From the NCBI RefSeq assembly GCF_011745625.1, contig NW_027191469.1, positions 124,001-188,000 on the forward strand: a stretch of DNA of 64,000 bases, read 5' to 3'. The notes beneath the pieces are model-generated. The model did no database searches and was not told where the DNA came from. It was given only the letters and a program-made list of their open reading frames with translations. This document shows, piece after piece, positions 13,141-26,958 of the stretch (the first letter of the stretch is position 1; every line of letters begins with the position of its first letter). Both the position numbers and the translations under genes were made by a program. The DNA is from Cladosporium halotolerans (taxonomy: Eukaryota).

Positions 13141-13854
13141 TGAATGCGTGAAATCGAATGCGACCCGTGGTAGACAATCACAATCCCGGTGAGGAATGCT
13201 GCGAGGCCCGGCGGCGTCACATTATACTTAACCTCAGACCGTCCGAATGGGCATCGTCGAGGATTTGCCAAGACGCTGCGCCGCGCTCTGCGGAGGCGCA
13301 ATGGTGCAAGGCGCATACCATACAGTAGCTTGACCGGTCTAGTGGCTGGCTCTAAGCGCGCTGAAACCGGACTGAAGATCCTTCGTGCGTTCACAGCTGG
13401 AACCCTCCGCGGAGAGAGAGTTGTTACGAAGGCATATTCTTGACACTATGTGTTGATAGTCAGATTCTTCCTAATTAGATAGAGAGCTTTGCTTGGGCGC
13501 GGAGAGAGGTGGTGTAGGTGTCGATGAAGGCCAAGTGGGCGCTGGCGCTCGGACCCTTCATGCACAACAACAAGCCGCTCTTGGGTGGACCCAGAGCCTT
13601 CAGAAAGACCGATTGGTATATGACATCCATTCGATACACATATAGCAATAACCCCCTAAAACGAGGCTCCCTGCGGCTGCTCAGATCTGTCTAATTTTAT
13701 ACCCGTCCATTGCCCTTCAGATACAGTATGCTTGCTCCCCCGTCAGCAGAAAGAACGCCGCACAACGCCGCCCGTCAAATGCAAAACCCTCGCGATTGCG
13801 ACTTGCGACTGCGATAAAGAGAAGTTATTCAAATGACATTGAAGGCGATATCTA

Positions 13855-15108
<1,254 letters not shown>

Positions 15109-16193
15109 GGTGGTGGAGGAGGGGGGAGGATGTCGCGTGTGCTGCAGCTGGGCGTCAGACTTGTTGGTGGAATGCCATTCGCGCGTATAGAGCAGTTGGT
15201 CGCGTGTCGCAGGGCAAGTGGGTGTGCATACCTACGATGACAGGTCCGGGTTCGCGCGCAGTACGGGTCGCGGAGGGATGCTGAGCATGCAAGCTCGCAG
15301 GGAGGGCGTGGGCTTGCGGGAGCGTTTGCTACCTCGTCGACATAACCAGATGCGACGACGGCTGCAAAGTCGGTATGTTGGAGTGCGGTGGCAGCGTAGG
15401 CAAATAATGTTTGGGCGGTTACGTCTCCCTCCCTGCCGCAGTAGGACAGTCGCGCGCACGGCCACTCCGAAAGCGTTGCCCGCCAAATCTGACACGAAGT
15501 CCAATCCAATCCCGCCCTCTCTCCACCCTCCTCCTGGGATCACTTGAGTTTCAGATTGCGGGTTCAGCCGATAGGGCTGAGCTGACATGAGGATGTGGCT
15601 GCCTCTGCGTGCAAAAATAGACTTGCCTATGCGTTCAATCGTCCAGGATACTCTCGCCGTCTTCTACCGTTCGCACTGACATGACCAAGCGTTTTGGGTA
15701 TCCCCTGAGTTTCGAACACATCGACTGTCTCCAAACCGTCCACAAAGATCACCATTCCACAAACCTGACTAATCACATAGAGACCAAACCAAAGTATCAG
15801 AAAACGAGGCTCTCGCCCGTCGAATTATAGAATAGAGCTATATACCCTCATCCTCGTCCAAACCTCATCAGTCCTCCATCAGGGTCATTCATTGCTCGCA
15901 ACCCTTCCAAGGAAGAAAAAAAGCATCGTTGCTGTCGTCCCCACATGTCTCTTTACCCTCTCCGTCTCCCGGACCATAAATACACCCAGCATATGGCATA
16001 AACCGCTAGAACCATCCCTGGTAGCACTTCTACCTCACTGGGTAGTAGGCAGGGATGAGAAAAGAATCGAAATAAAACGCAAGCCACCAAACCAGCAGCT
16101 CCTGACATAGTCGCGTCGGCCGCCCTGCAGCAGGACTGCTTGTGTATTGCATGCAGAAGTCCAAAACGGTGAAGAAGAAAAGCGCCGACGAGA

Positions 16194-19100
16194 TCACGAC
16201 CTCCACCTAGCACTGCCGAGACCCGACGTCGCGCCGCCAGTGTTTGTGCCATTGACGTTCGCCATGCTCTCCCTAGCCGCCATCGCCGCTAGTCCTTGCG
16301 TGCCGCTGACTTGCCTCGAGGATGCAGCGGGAGACTGCTGCATAGTGGGCAGCGCGCTGAGATTTGTCTGCGAACCGAGCACTAACCCGTTGCTCGCGCG
16401 CTTGCTACCCGCGACCGCAGCGGCGTTGTTCGCGGAGGTGACGCTGGCCTGCCTGCGGCCGGCGATGGGCTTCGAGGGGCTAGATGCGAGAGGCGGGTTG
16501 TTGCGGACGGCGGTCTGGGGCGTGGAACGCGTGACGGCAGGCTGTTGTGCTTGCTGCATTTGCTGCTGCGCAAAAGCATTACCCTGGTTCGCTGAACGCT
16601 TGACTGGCGAAGGCACGCTGGCTGTGGAAGTGGAGCCGGTCGCGGTGGATCGGATGCGAGCTGCGCGGCGGGCTTCATCTGGGATGCCTGGGCGCTGGTT
16701 CAAGGGCGTGTTTGTGATGAACGGGTGGTTGACGGCGTCGTTAGGCTTGAGGCGGCGGTCGGGATCCCACCTCAGGCAGCGAGCGATGAAGTCGATGAAC
16801 GCCTCGTCGTCCGTCTTCAAGGCTTGCTGCAACGTCTTACTACTCGGACGTCGTCTCCTGCCCTTGCTGCTGACCGTAACTCTGGGCTTCCCGACTGAAT
16901 CGAAGAAGAGCTTCTTACGGGTGCACTTCTCGACCAAGTGCTTGTCTGGTGGGCCGAAGATCTCCATGATGCACGCCAGCTGCTCCTGTTCGTTCTCCCC
17001 GGGGAAGATAGGGTATCCAGTCCACAGCTCCGCAAGAATACAGCCGAAGGACCACATGTCAATTCCCAAGCCATAGCTGCTACCCAGAATGACTTCAGGA
17101 CTGCGGTAGAAGCGAGATTGGATGTAGGTGTACACCTTCTCCTCTTCACGGCAAGAGCTGCCGAAGTCGATGACTCGGACGTCAGCCTTGCGGGCTTCGC
17201 AAAGCAGGATGTTCTCAGGCTTGAGATCGCAGTGAATGATACGCTTCTGCTGCAAGAGTATCAGGCAAGCAATCATCTGCCTGGAGAAGCGGCGGATGAG
17301 CGGCAGGGAAAAGCCTTGGAAATTGTGCGCTCTGATAAACTCGTAGAGGTTGATCGAAAGGCAAGGCGTCACGATGCACAGATGCGAGCGGAAGTAGAAC
17401 GAGGACGTGATGGACAGAGTCGCATAGGACTCGTCAGGGTCCTGTAGTTTATTGTTAGCAAAGACACGTCATCGGAACCATGGAGCATCAGACTTACCCA
17501 GTCACGCAAACGTCCAAGAATGCCCACTTCTACGAGCGCCTGTTGGTGGAATCGCTTCTTGTTGCGGATGATCTTGACAGCGACGATGCCACCCTCTTTG
17601 TGGTCTACGCAACGCACGACTTGACCGAAAGAACCCTTGCCAAGCACGTCGACGACCTCATACCGGTAGGCAAGGTGATCGCCAAACACGATGTTATAGT
17701 CTCCCCGTTCGTCGTCGTATCCGTAATTGCCAGATTTGTCTTTATCGCTGCCAGAAAGTGACGAAACGGAGCCGATAACTTTGCGAGCGTTCTTCGTGCC
17801 GGTGAAGTACACACCTTCCTTGTCGTAGTCCATGACCTCGCCGCGCTCGAAGATGTTCAGTGAACAGTTGCGATCGTGCAAGACCTGTTCAGGGCTCATA
17901 GCGTTACGCGGAAGAGCCCGCTTCTTTAGCTCCTCAGACTCACGAGCAGCCTGGTCCACGTCGCGTCGCTTCTGACTGAGTCGGCGCATCTCATCGTCTG
18001 CGGCAAAGTCATCCTTATCCTTGATGATAGCAGAAATGGTAGTCGAAGATGCGGCAGGTTTGGGTTTCGCAATACCGTTCGTTTGAACCCTGGGCGCAGT
18101 AGAGCGATTGCTAAAGCTGAAGTTGCCCCAGCTGCTCGCCCTGTTCGAAACTGGCTGCGGCTGTTCGGAATGTAGGCTTCTGGTCTTCGGCGGTGGCGCA
18201 GGTGGTTTTTGTTCTTGCTCGCTGCCAGAGCCTGAGGCGCCGTTGGCGAGATTGACGCCAGCATTTGACTTTTTGCGAGTTGACTCTCCGCTCGGCCGGG
18301 CACTACTCGGCAAGGATGGAAGGTCGCCGCTCCATGTCGCGCTGGCAGGCAGTTTAGGTGGTGGCATTGCGCCAGGCTTTGGTATGGCCCGAATCGTAGC
18401 CTTCGGCTTTTCTGCAGGTGCCTCTTGAGGGCTGGACTTGTTCTCAACATTGTTCGTACCTTTGCTGGAAGTTCTCCGCCAGCCCAGGCTCAACTTGCGC
18501 CGCAGCCCGCCGCTCTCTTTCTTCACTTCAAGAGGCGGAGGGGGAGTCTGATCTGTGATTGGACTGTCGCCGGAGCCTGGTGTCTCATTCGCCGTTTTGT
18601 AGGTCGTCACAGTCCCACTGGTGACCGGGCGTGGGCCTTGCGGCTTATCAGGCTGCGTGCGCTGGTCGTATGTGGCTAGGGTGAAAGGCTGAGCCTCCGC
18701 CTTGTACTCGCCACTTGGACGACCACGTAGTCGCAAGAATTCGTTCGAGTGCTTCGGAAGGGAGCCAGAGGCGAATGGCGTGATTGCCGACCTTTGCTGT
18801 TGCTGCTTCGCGGGTCCAATGTCGATTCCTGCACTCAAAGGCTCCGGGTCGCTGTCATCGAAGAAGCGAGATACAGATTCGTCATATCCCATCAAATCTC
18901 TCAAGGCGTGTTGCGACGACGCACTACGGAGCTGCTTCTGCGCTGCCTCTTTCTCTTTCTCTTGTCGTCGGAAGAATGTCGCTTTGCTAGCAGTCATCGG
19001 CGTTGAAGGCGTTTTCGGCGGCGCACGTTTTGGCTCAGGGGTCTGTGCTGCGGTATATTGGTCACGCTTCTCGACCTCTTGAGTGGGCATGGGTCGGTTG

Positions 19101-21324
19101 GGATCACGGCTGGCCATAGAGGCGCTCAGTGGGAGCAAGTTCAAGGGCGGCAACCGCAAAGGCTGCAAGGTGTTATTCTTGCGTCCCGTGGGCTCAATTT
19201 GCGGTTTAGGCTTGGCTGCCCGAGTCGTGGAGTGTGCAGTCGGGCTTCCCACGGTCTGATTGCGCTTGTGTGTGGCTCTCCGAGGCGTTTCGAGAGCTGG
19301 CGCTTCAAAACTTGAACGAGAAACGTGTCCAGCATCCGCAGGTGGTGGCATCAGCGTGCTATTCCCTTCGAGGGTATTGCTCGCGTGCTCGCCGAATGTG
19401 GTAGTACTGCTCTTGCGGCTGTTTGAGAAGAAAGAGTGCTCATACTCCTTGGGACTTTCGTAGTTCTTGGGTATTGCAGGAACCGGTGGAATGACTTCAG
19501 AGTCTTCGCCATATTGAGCCGAGCTTGAGTGCACGTTTCTGTTCTTCAACTGCGGCAACCTTGAAGCTGAAGTGTTGGCATGTGACATCAAAGACTGATA
19601 GCTAGACTTGTTGCTCAAGGTGTGATCGCCGACTTTGTTTGCAGCTTTGGCCTCTGGCGATGCGCGTGCCGAGGTTGGAGTGGTACTGTGGCTGTTGCTT
19701 GCTTTTCGAGGGATCAGACTCGGAGATTGCTGGGCAAATCGAGGAAGGTCGGGAAGTCGAGCGGGCATAATCGGATCATCATCGTGAGGCGTTGGCGGAG
19801 GTCTCTGTGTGTTTGTTGGCATAGGCGGTGCGTTGGCGGTTGAAAGTCGCTTGAGTCTTCGTGCATCCGTAGGACTGACGGTCCTGGCTCCCAAGCCGCT
19901 CATGCGACCAGAAGCAATCGATTGACGCTTGTTCCCTGATGACGATGTTGGTGTCGTTGCACGATTGACAGTGACCTTCGCAGGTGACCTCCCTCCCACT
20001 GCGATTGAATCAATCTCTCTGGTCGTAGGCTGTACGCTCCTAACCTTTGCCTGCCGTGACTGCGTGGTCGCGGTAAGTGTTGACACACGTGGAAGCTCCG
20101 CTCCGGCTGACGCAGATGGCTGGACGGTTATGCGCTTCCCTTTCCCAATGCTGGCGCTCCGTGTCACCGTTGGCTTGGACGACTCTGGTGGTACGGGTGG
20201 CCCCGCCTGTGGCACGGGCTTCCTGTCGATGAAGCTGCTGAACAATCCTGGACCAATAGATTTCCTCGGGGCTTTTGTAGGATTCGCCGGAGCGGGCTGG
20301 CCAAGGGTAGATGAGCTTTGTGGCACTGTCGATTGCCTCCTTGTCCGCAAAGATACAGTAGCCTGAGGTGGTGCTGGGGTTTCCTTGTTGTTGACCTGGC
20401 CAGCTGTCACCCTTGGTGGCACCGCAGAGCCGTACGTCTCTTTGTAACTCGCACTCCTTCCAAGGCCCACTGTACTCCTTTCACTCTGCTGTTCGTGCGG
20501 GCGGCCAGTCGATGGTCGAGCATCTGCGAAGCCAGCGCTCCTAGCTGCCATTCCGCTGCTCTTTTTCTCATGTGGAAGTACACGCCCTCCACCAATCGCT
20601 GGAAATTCGCTCAGTAGAGATGAAGAGCCGTCGAAGTTGGCGAGTCGGGATTGGAAGTCGTCAAAGTTGACTGGCGGAATGAAATCAAAGTCTGTGCGCG
20701 TTCGTGCGGCAGGCGCAGTCGGCGAACCGGAGCTGGCATTGGCGGCAGTGCTCCTGAAAGGAGCTCGGCCGGGCTCCTTTGGCTTTTCGAAGATGGAGGT
20801 TGAGGGTGGGAGGGAGCGATTTGAGGACGCATCACTGGCGGCAGGAGCGTCGGGGTTGGAGTTACCATACCTATTGTACTCGTAAGCTTTCCGTTCTTGC
20901 TTCACCCTCACTATCAAGATATCTGCTGATCTCATGTTTGGCGTGTGCGTGCATACCTCTTCCCAGGGCTGCCAGGAAACTCTCGTGGTCCACTGGGCAC
21001 CCTCATACCCTCTCTTTGATTTACGCTCCTTCTGCGAGCGCTTTCGCTTGGCCGCCGCTCACCGAGCCTGCGGGTGGCAGATGCAGGTACCGAAGGCTTC
21101 CGGAAGTGCTCGTTGCTATCGGGGTTGTTCGCGGTCCGCTGGAACTTGCGGCGCGTTAGGGACTCGGCTGTCTCTGATGTTAGTGCGCCAATCATTTGGT
21201 TCGCCAGGTCCGAGGCGTGAGGCTTACACTCCGGCCCAGAGTCTTCAGCGGTGGGGGCATTGGGCTCGCGGTCGAGGTATGTTTGGGCGCGCACGCGGGG
21301 TTGATAGCGAGCTGCTACGTCCAT
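16194..21324 (-). CDS. pom1: DYRK-family dual-specificity kinase, Pom1/DYRK2-like; exons 21324-20957, 20870-17498, 17441-16194
   Basis: DH box NYGYDDERGDY, LGKGSFGQV, IHCDLKPEN, DFGSSC, activation loop YTYIQSRFYRSPE, and a long S/P-rich N-terminus. Confidence 0.92.
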
Positions 21325-22250
21325 GGTGGCCTGGTGCTAAGCCACCGCATTCGGCACGCCGCGACAGGTCAATAGAGAGGGTCGGAGTTGAAGAATACAG
21401 GTCCAGGCGTGCACGTGTCGGGCAGGGTGAAACAACCGTAAGCGATCCCCTCCTCCGAAGTCACGCAAAGTAAGAAGAGACCCTAGCGATTAGATGTCGG
21501 CGGAGTGTTGGGCCGTTCAAGTTGCCATGGCTGAAGACAGCGGTGCCGCGGGCGATCCACCAGGGACTGGGCGTGAGGGCAGAGAGGGAATCTTCACGGC
21601 GGCGTAGATGGTTCAGGCCGTAGTGCCGTGCGATGGGCGGAGGTGAGGGTGTCTCCTGGTCCGGCAAACAGTAAACGTCCCGCGCACGTCCTCGATCGTG
21701 GTGTAGCGTGGTGTAGTCTGGCAAGCACGGGCAAGCAGTAGTCCCTTCTTGGCCCGCGCTCCTTCAAGCCAGCAAGTCAGCGCCCGAGCCCTTCGATCTT
21801 CAGTCAATTCTTAATCAGCCCTGCGCTCGTATTAATCAAAGTGCCCCTCCGCGCTTCTGTGCTTTGTCGTGTCACCCACAGCAGGGTATACGAATGATAG
21901 CTAACACAGCCAGCTCGAGCACGACACAGGGCAGATCACATGAGCGCCCGATCTGCCCTCCCACCGGACAGTACACCGCGGGCCGCACATCCTCCGGCCC
22001 TCGCTTGTGCTTGCCGGGCAGCGGGCGCCCCTGAGCGTACCGCAGGCGGAATGGGCTTTAGGGTTACGGGCCGAGGCGCAGCCCGCTGGACGATCGCTGG
22101 CGGCGTTTTTTCGACCCCGCCGGCGCTGTGACAGAGGCGCCGTGACGATGTCTTGTCCCGCCATACGCGCTCGCTCTTCAGCCTGTCTTGCGCTGGTCGC
22201 GTACGTACAACGCTGTACCGACATACCCACTCGCATACCTGCCTTCGACC

Positions 22251-23727
22251 ATGCCGCGTGATCCTCTCATCGGCCTGGTCGGCAAGCCCAGCTCAGGTAT
22301 CAGGCGTCGAATGGCTGCTGTGCGATGATCGAGCTGCTTACATTCGCCCAGGCAAGAGTACCACACTCAACAGCTTGACCGACACCACAGCCAAAGTAGG
22401 TGCGCGTAGTCGTTCCCGCTCTATATGAGCTGGCATTGACCCGTCCTCCCAGGCAACTTTCCCTTCACGACCATAGATCCCAACCGCGCCGTTGGCTATC
22501 TCCAGATACCATGCGCCTGCTCGCGGACGAACCTCACTGGCAACACACCTCCTTCACCTTCCGACGAGCCTCCCTTACAGACGCGCTGCAAGCCCAACTA
22601 CGGTGTATGCCAGAAAGGTGTGCGAAGTGTGCCGATTGAGCTGCTAGACGTCGCTGGTCTGGTGCCCGGCGCGCACATGGGCAAAGGCTTGGGCAACAAA
22701 TTCTTGGACGACTTGCGGCACGCCGACGCTCTCATTCACGTCGTCGACGCCAGCGGTACCACCGATGCCGAAGGAAAAGCTACGCGCGGCTACGATCCTT
22801 CCCAGGACATCCTGTGGCTGAAATCAGAGATTGTGAACTGGGTGCTTGGCAATCTGAAGCAGAAATGGGGAGGTATCAAGCGCCGGCACGTCGCGATCAA
22901 GGCAGGACCGGTAGAGACTCTGCAGGGTCAGTTCTCAGGATACGGTGGCACAAGTGTGATCGTCGCACGCGCTTTGGACAAGCTTGCTCTCAAGCAACCG
23001 CTGCAAGATTGGGATGACGACACCATCGCGGCCGTCGTGAACGCCTTCGTCGATGAGAAGTTTCCCACCGTCTACGCACTGAACAAGATAGATCACCCGG
23101 ACGCCGATAAGAACATTTCCAAGATCGCAAAGCAGGAGCCGCCCGAGCGCATTGTTCTGTGCTCCGCCATCTCAGAGGTCTTCCTCCGCCGACTAGCCAA
23201 GCAAGACTACATCCGCTACATCCCTGGTTCTGAGTTCGTGGATACGCGGGAAGACCTCATTGACAATGGCGAGGCCGACGGTGGTGGCCTGAAAGAGATG
23301 GATGAGAAGCTCAAGTCGCGCATCGAGAACATGAAGGATATGGTGCTATACCGCTTCGGCAGCACCGGTGTGAACCAAGTGCTTTCGCGCGCTTCGGAAT
23401 TGCTGGGTCTCGTTCCAGTGTTCCCGGTCAGAAACATTGGCACATTTGGGTCGGGCGAGGCTGGCACGAGCGGTGGTGATAGAGCCGCGGTCTTCAGGGA
23501 TTGCGTGCTGGTAAGGAAGGGAGCCACGGTCGGCGATGCGTATAGGAAGATTATGGGAGACGCGCCGCTTGCATACGTCGAGACTGTTGGAGGTGTCAGG
23601 GTATCGGAAGATGATGAGGTTAGAGTTGGCAAGAACGATGTAAGTCTCTCACAGCAGTTCACGAGTGAGACGAATAAGATCGCTGACCAAGATGTAGATC
23701 TTATCGTTCAAGGTCGGGAGGGCATAG
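22251..23727 (+). CDS. Obg/YchF-superfamily GTPase (YGR210C-like); exons 22251-22296, 22352-22399, 22453-23639, 23698-23727
   Basis: Spliced [12 protein letters not shown] (G1), [11 protein letters not shown] (G2), DVAGLVPGA (G3), NKID (G4). Terminal exon is ILSFKVGRA*. Confidence 0.92.
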
Positions 23728-23879
23728 AAATCACTAGGTATGCACTCATCAGCCTCGGTCCAGCGAAACCCGCAAGGCATGAGCTGCGAATCGAGACATC
23801 AAACTTTTGGTCAAGACGTCCATACACGCCTAAGGCGGCGCCTTCGTACTGTGTCGCCTCTTCATGTAGATACCTTGAC

Positions 23880-25310
23880 CAAACCTCCAACCTTGCGACT
23901 TCCCACAACAGCATCAGTCTGTGGCGAAACAATCGTGGCCAATCGTGGCAACATCACGAGGAACACCTCCCTTCCCATTTTCCTCAGAAAGTATTAGACC
24001 AAGATCACAACCCCACGACCCCTCCATGCACGCAACCCGCTACCAAGCCTCCCAGTGCGCCTCGTTTTCGCCAAACTGCACGCCTCCGGCCAGGCGAGCA
24101 CTCGCATCCTGCATGTCCCGCGGCATGCCTAACCCGGAAGCCCGGCGGCTCTACCAAGCAACCGAGCCGCAACATCGATCCTCCTGCCGCCAACATCTCG
24201 AGGCTAATTTCACCATCACGCTTGTTGACTCTCCTAGTGGTCTGTTGCTGTCAAACCCCGCGTGACCCCGCGTCTTTTCTTGTCTAGACGGTGCCGATCC
24301 GGAGAAATGGACCACTGAAGGATGGTGAGGCGTTCGTCCATCGATGCTGGACTGTCACATATTCACGCAGCTAGTAGTAATCGGGTTCGGGCGGTGTCCA
24401 AGCCCCAGGCGCGCATGTCTTCACGTGGGCGGTGGGGGCGGTCTGGGTTGCGATGAGACATTTCTGGGTGGTGAGTAGTGAGCCGTGGTCGTCGGACACG
24501 CCTGGCCGCAATGCACGCTTAGATCAGGTCTCTGAGACCATTCTGTTTCCGGCCCATATCCTTTTTGGAGCGAATATGTTGCCAATGATAATGAATCGAC
24601 TTCAACGCCGCAACTCAGCCCCAGCCGTCACGTGGCGGTCCTGCAGGCACCGATCGCGCCCAGCCGGATCTTCAGGGCCCGATTAGGCGAGTCATTTGCG
24701 TGGAATCTAGGGCTATGAAAACGAGTACATTCCTGCACATGCTGTAAACGACTGCCACCCACGTAGCCAAGTCAAGCCCGAAAGCCAGTTCCCGGAAGTC
24801 GGGCATGTCGTCACAGAAACTTGGCTGGCCGTTTTTGCCCCTCGGGAAGGCGAGGTGGAGGAGGAGCCGCGTCTTTTCGGCCTCTACTCGGCCTCATACA
24901 GCACGGCGATGATATTCGGCATGTTGCTTCGCGTGGACGTGGAGGGCGGTGGGCCGAACGCCTATGTATAGAGATGTCATGATGTGATGCGACATGGTCC
25001 TTGCTGAGGCTGCGCAGGCGCCGACGGGGCGGCGGGGCGTGGCCGTGGTCTGGAAGCTGGGCATCGAAGATGGCGGGTGCGAGCGGATGGACGGTGGGGT
25101 GGTTGCTGTGGCGTGGTGACTTCAGGTGTGTACGAGGTGGAGCGAGTCTAAGTCGACATGATTCATGGCAATAGCACGTGAATAGGTATGGGATGTATGG
25201 AAAGGACAACTGATGAGTCGGGGATGTGGCTTGTGGATCATGAGAACATAGCATTCATCTAACCGTCTAACTCGGCGTGTATAATCCACCACATGGGTGT
25301 TTTTTATCTG
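23880..25310 (+). ncRNA. Candidate telomerase RNA (Pezizomycotina-type TER); ends approximate
   Basis: Template CCTAACCC 24128-24135 directly after hairpin 24111-24128. H-type pseudoknot 24216-24316. Core-enclosing helix 24093-24110/24319-24338. Several further long helices and 5'/3' pairing. U-tract at 25299-25306. No credible ORF in the interval. Confidence 0.8.
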
Positions 25311-25504
25311 TGGTTTCTTCCTTTATTTCCATCATGCTCTCGTCTCAATCTGTGTCTTTGTTCATTGACAACGCGGCTTGCGGTAAATGTTCCCGCCCCG
25401 CGAAAGTGGTATCCAGATCTCCATCATAAAATCAAGCCTGATAGCGCCTCGGAATGAATGCAGCAACGCCCTTTTTTCAAATGCCGTGTCATGTTTCCTA
25501 CCCC

Positions 25505-26958
25505 TTAGTTAACCCTTTGAGCAGTGGCGTGTGCGTTTTGGAAAGCAATCTTCTCGATCGGGTCGTCCTTGACGGTGGTCGGGCTTCCAAGAGCGGGAGT
25601 CGGGGGCGCAGTGTCGGCGATGGCAGTGCCCTCAAGTTTGCCGCTAATGTCAAGAGTTGCACGGAGCTGCCTCTTGTTCTCGCGGTCGATGCCGTGGTTG
25701 ACAGCATCAAGAACATGGTCGACAGTGTGGTTCGGGATGTACTTCGGTTGAGTGCCCTCCTGGTAGACGCCGGTACGGACGAGAATGGAGTACCAAGTGT
25801 TGGCGGCGTGCTTGTTGTACTCGTTGGTACCACGAATATCAGACTCCGGGGTGTCACCGACAAAGTAGACAGTCTCCGGGGGAGCATCAATTCCGTGAGT
25901 GGCCCTGCGCCACTGCTTCAGAAGGCGAGTCGCAAACTCGAAAGTTCCAATTTGGGGCTTGCCGAAAGCAGTGGTCTGAAGCTCCTTGCCAGTGACGGCT
26001 TTGAACATGGCCTCGAGAGAGCATCGGAGAGCACCCATACCAAGACGAGTGAGGTCGTGAGACGCAGACCAGACAACGTCATTGTGTGAGAAGAAGACAG
26101 GCGGGCCTTCGTCGAAAGTCTCCGAGCGGGTACCAAGCACACCACCCTTGGACAACAGCAAATCAAGAATGATCTGTTGGTCACCAGCCCAATCTCTGCT
26201 GTCGGCGAAGACAAAAATGGCCTCGATCACGGTGTTGGAGAAGTCGCGGGTCCTGGAGTTCTCCCACTCTTCCTTGGTGAGCTTTCTGAAAGGAGTGGTG
26301 TCGGGGTTTTCCTTGATGATATCGCCAGGGGTAACGACGTCAGTGAAGCCGTAGCCCTCAGCGACTTCTCTGCACTTCTCGCCCTCGCCACCAACGACCA
26401 GCACGGTCTTGTACTTGTCAGCCATCTCCCTCATAGGAGTGTGGCCGCAAATAAACTGTCCGGGAGAAACCTCGATGTTCATCTGCTGACTGAGCTGGAT
26501 GCAGCGTTCCTGTTCTGTCTTGCCACCACCATTGGTGACGAAAATGTAGGGACTGTGCAAATTAGTTTTAGTCTCATGATCTGTGAGCAATGGCTATCTT
26601 ACATCTTGATTCCATAGGGATTCTTGCCATTCAGGACTTGCATCGCCTCCACGGCCTCAGGGATGGGACGGCCACCCCGAATCAAAACGCCGTCAATATC
26701 GAAGGCAAAGGCAAACTTGTCAGTGACGGTGGTCTCGGCCGGTGTCTGCGGGTCCGAAAGCGAGGCGGAGGCTTCCTCAAGATCCATTCTCGCCAACTCC
26801 ATGGCAGCGGCGACTTCGTGAGCATCACTGGGGTCCATGAGGTGCTCCGGAGGCACCACGACCGTAGGCGAGCGGAGGCTGAAGTCGGCGGTGGTCGCAT
26901 CGCTGGAACTCAGCCTGCGGAAAGTCCGCGGCCTGGAAGGAGGAACAGATTCCGACAT
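25505..26958 (-). CDS. HAD-superfamily class IIA hydrolase (CECR5/HDHD5/YKR070W-like); exons 26958-26603, 26552-25505
   Basis: FAFDIDGVL motif I, FVTNGGG motif II, FGKP motif III, FVGDTPESDIRG motif IV. Confidence 0.92.

Noticed and set aside
20871..20957. Possible second stwintron in pom1 (G|GTATGC...TAG|TGAGG)
   Set aside because: A single ordinary intron 20956-20871 already restores the frame.
23640..24287. C-terminal ~215 aa of the 555-aa ORF 22620..24287
   Set aside because: This is read-through of a GTAAGT..CTGAC..TAG intron (23640-23697). The GTPase ends at 23727 and the remainder overlaps the structured ncRNA candidate.
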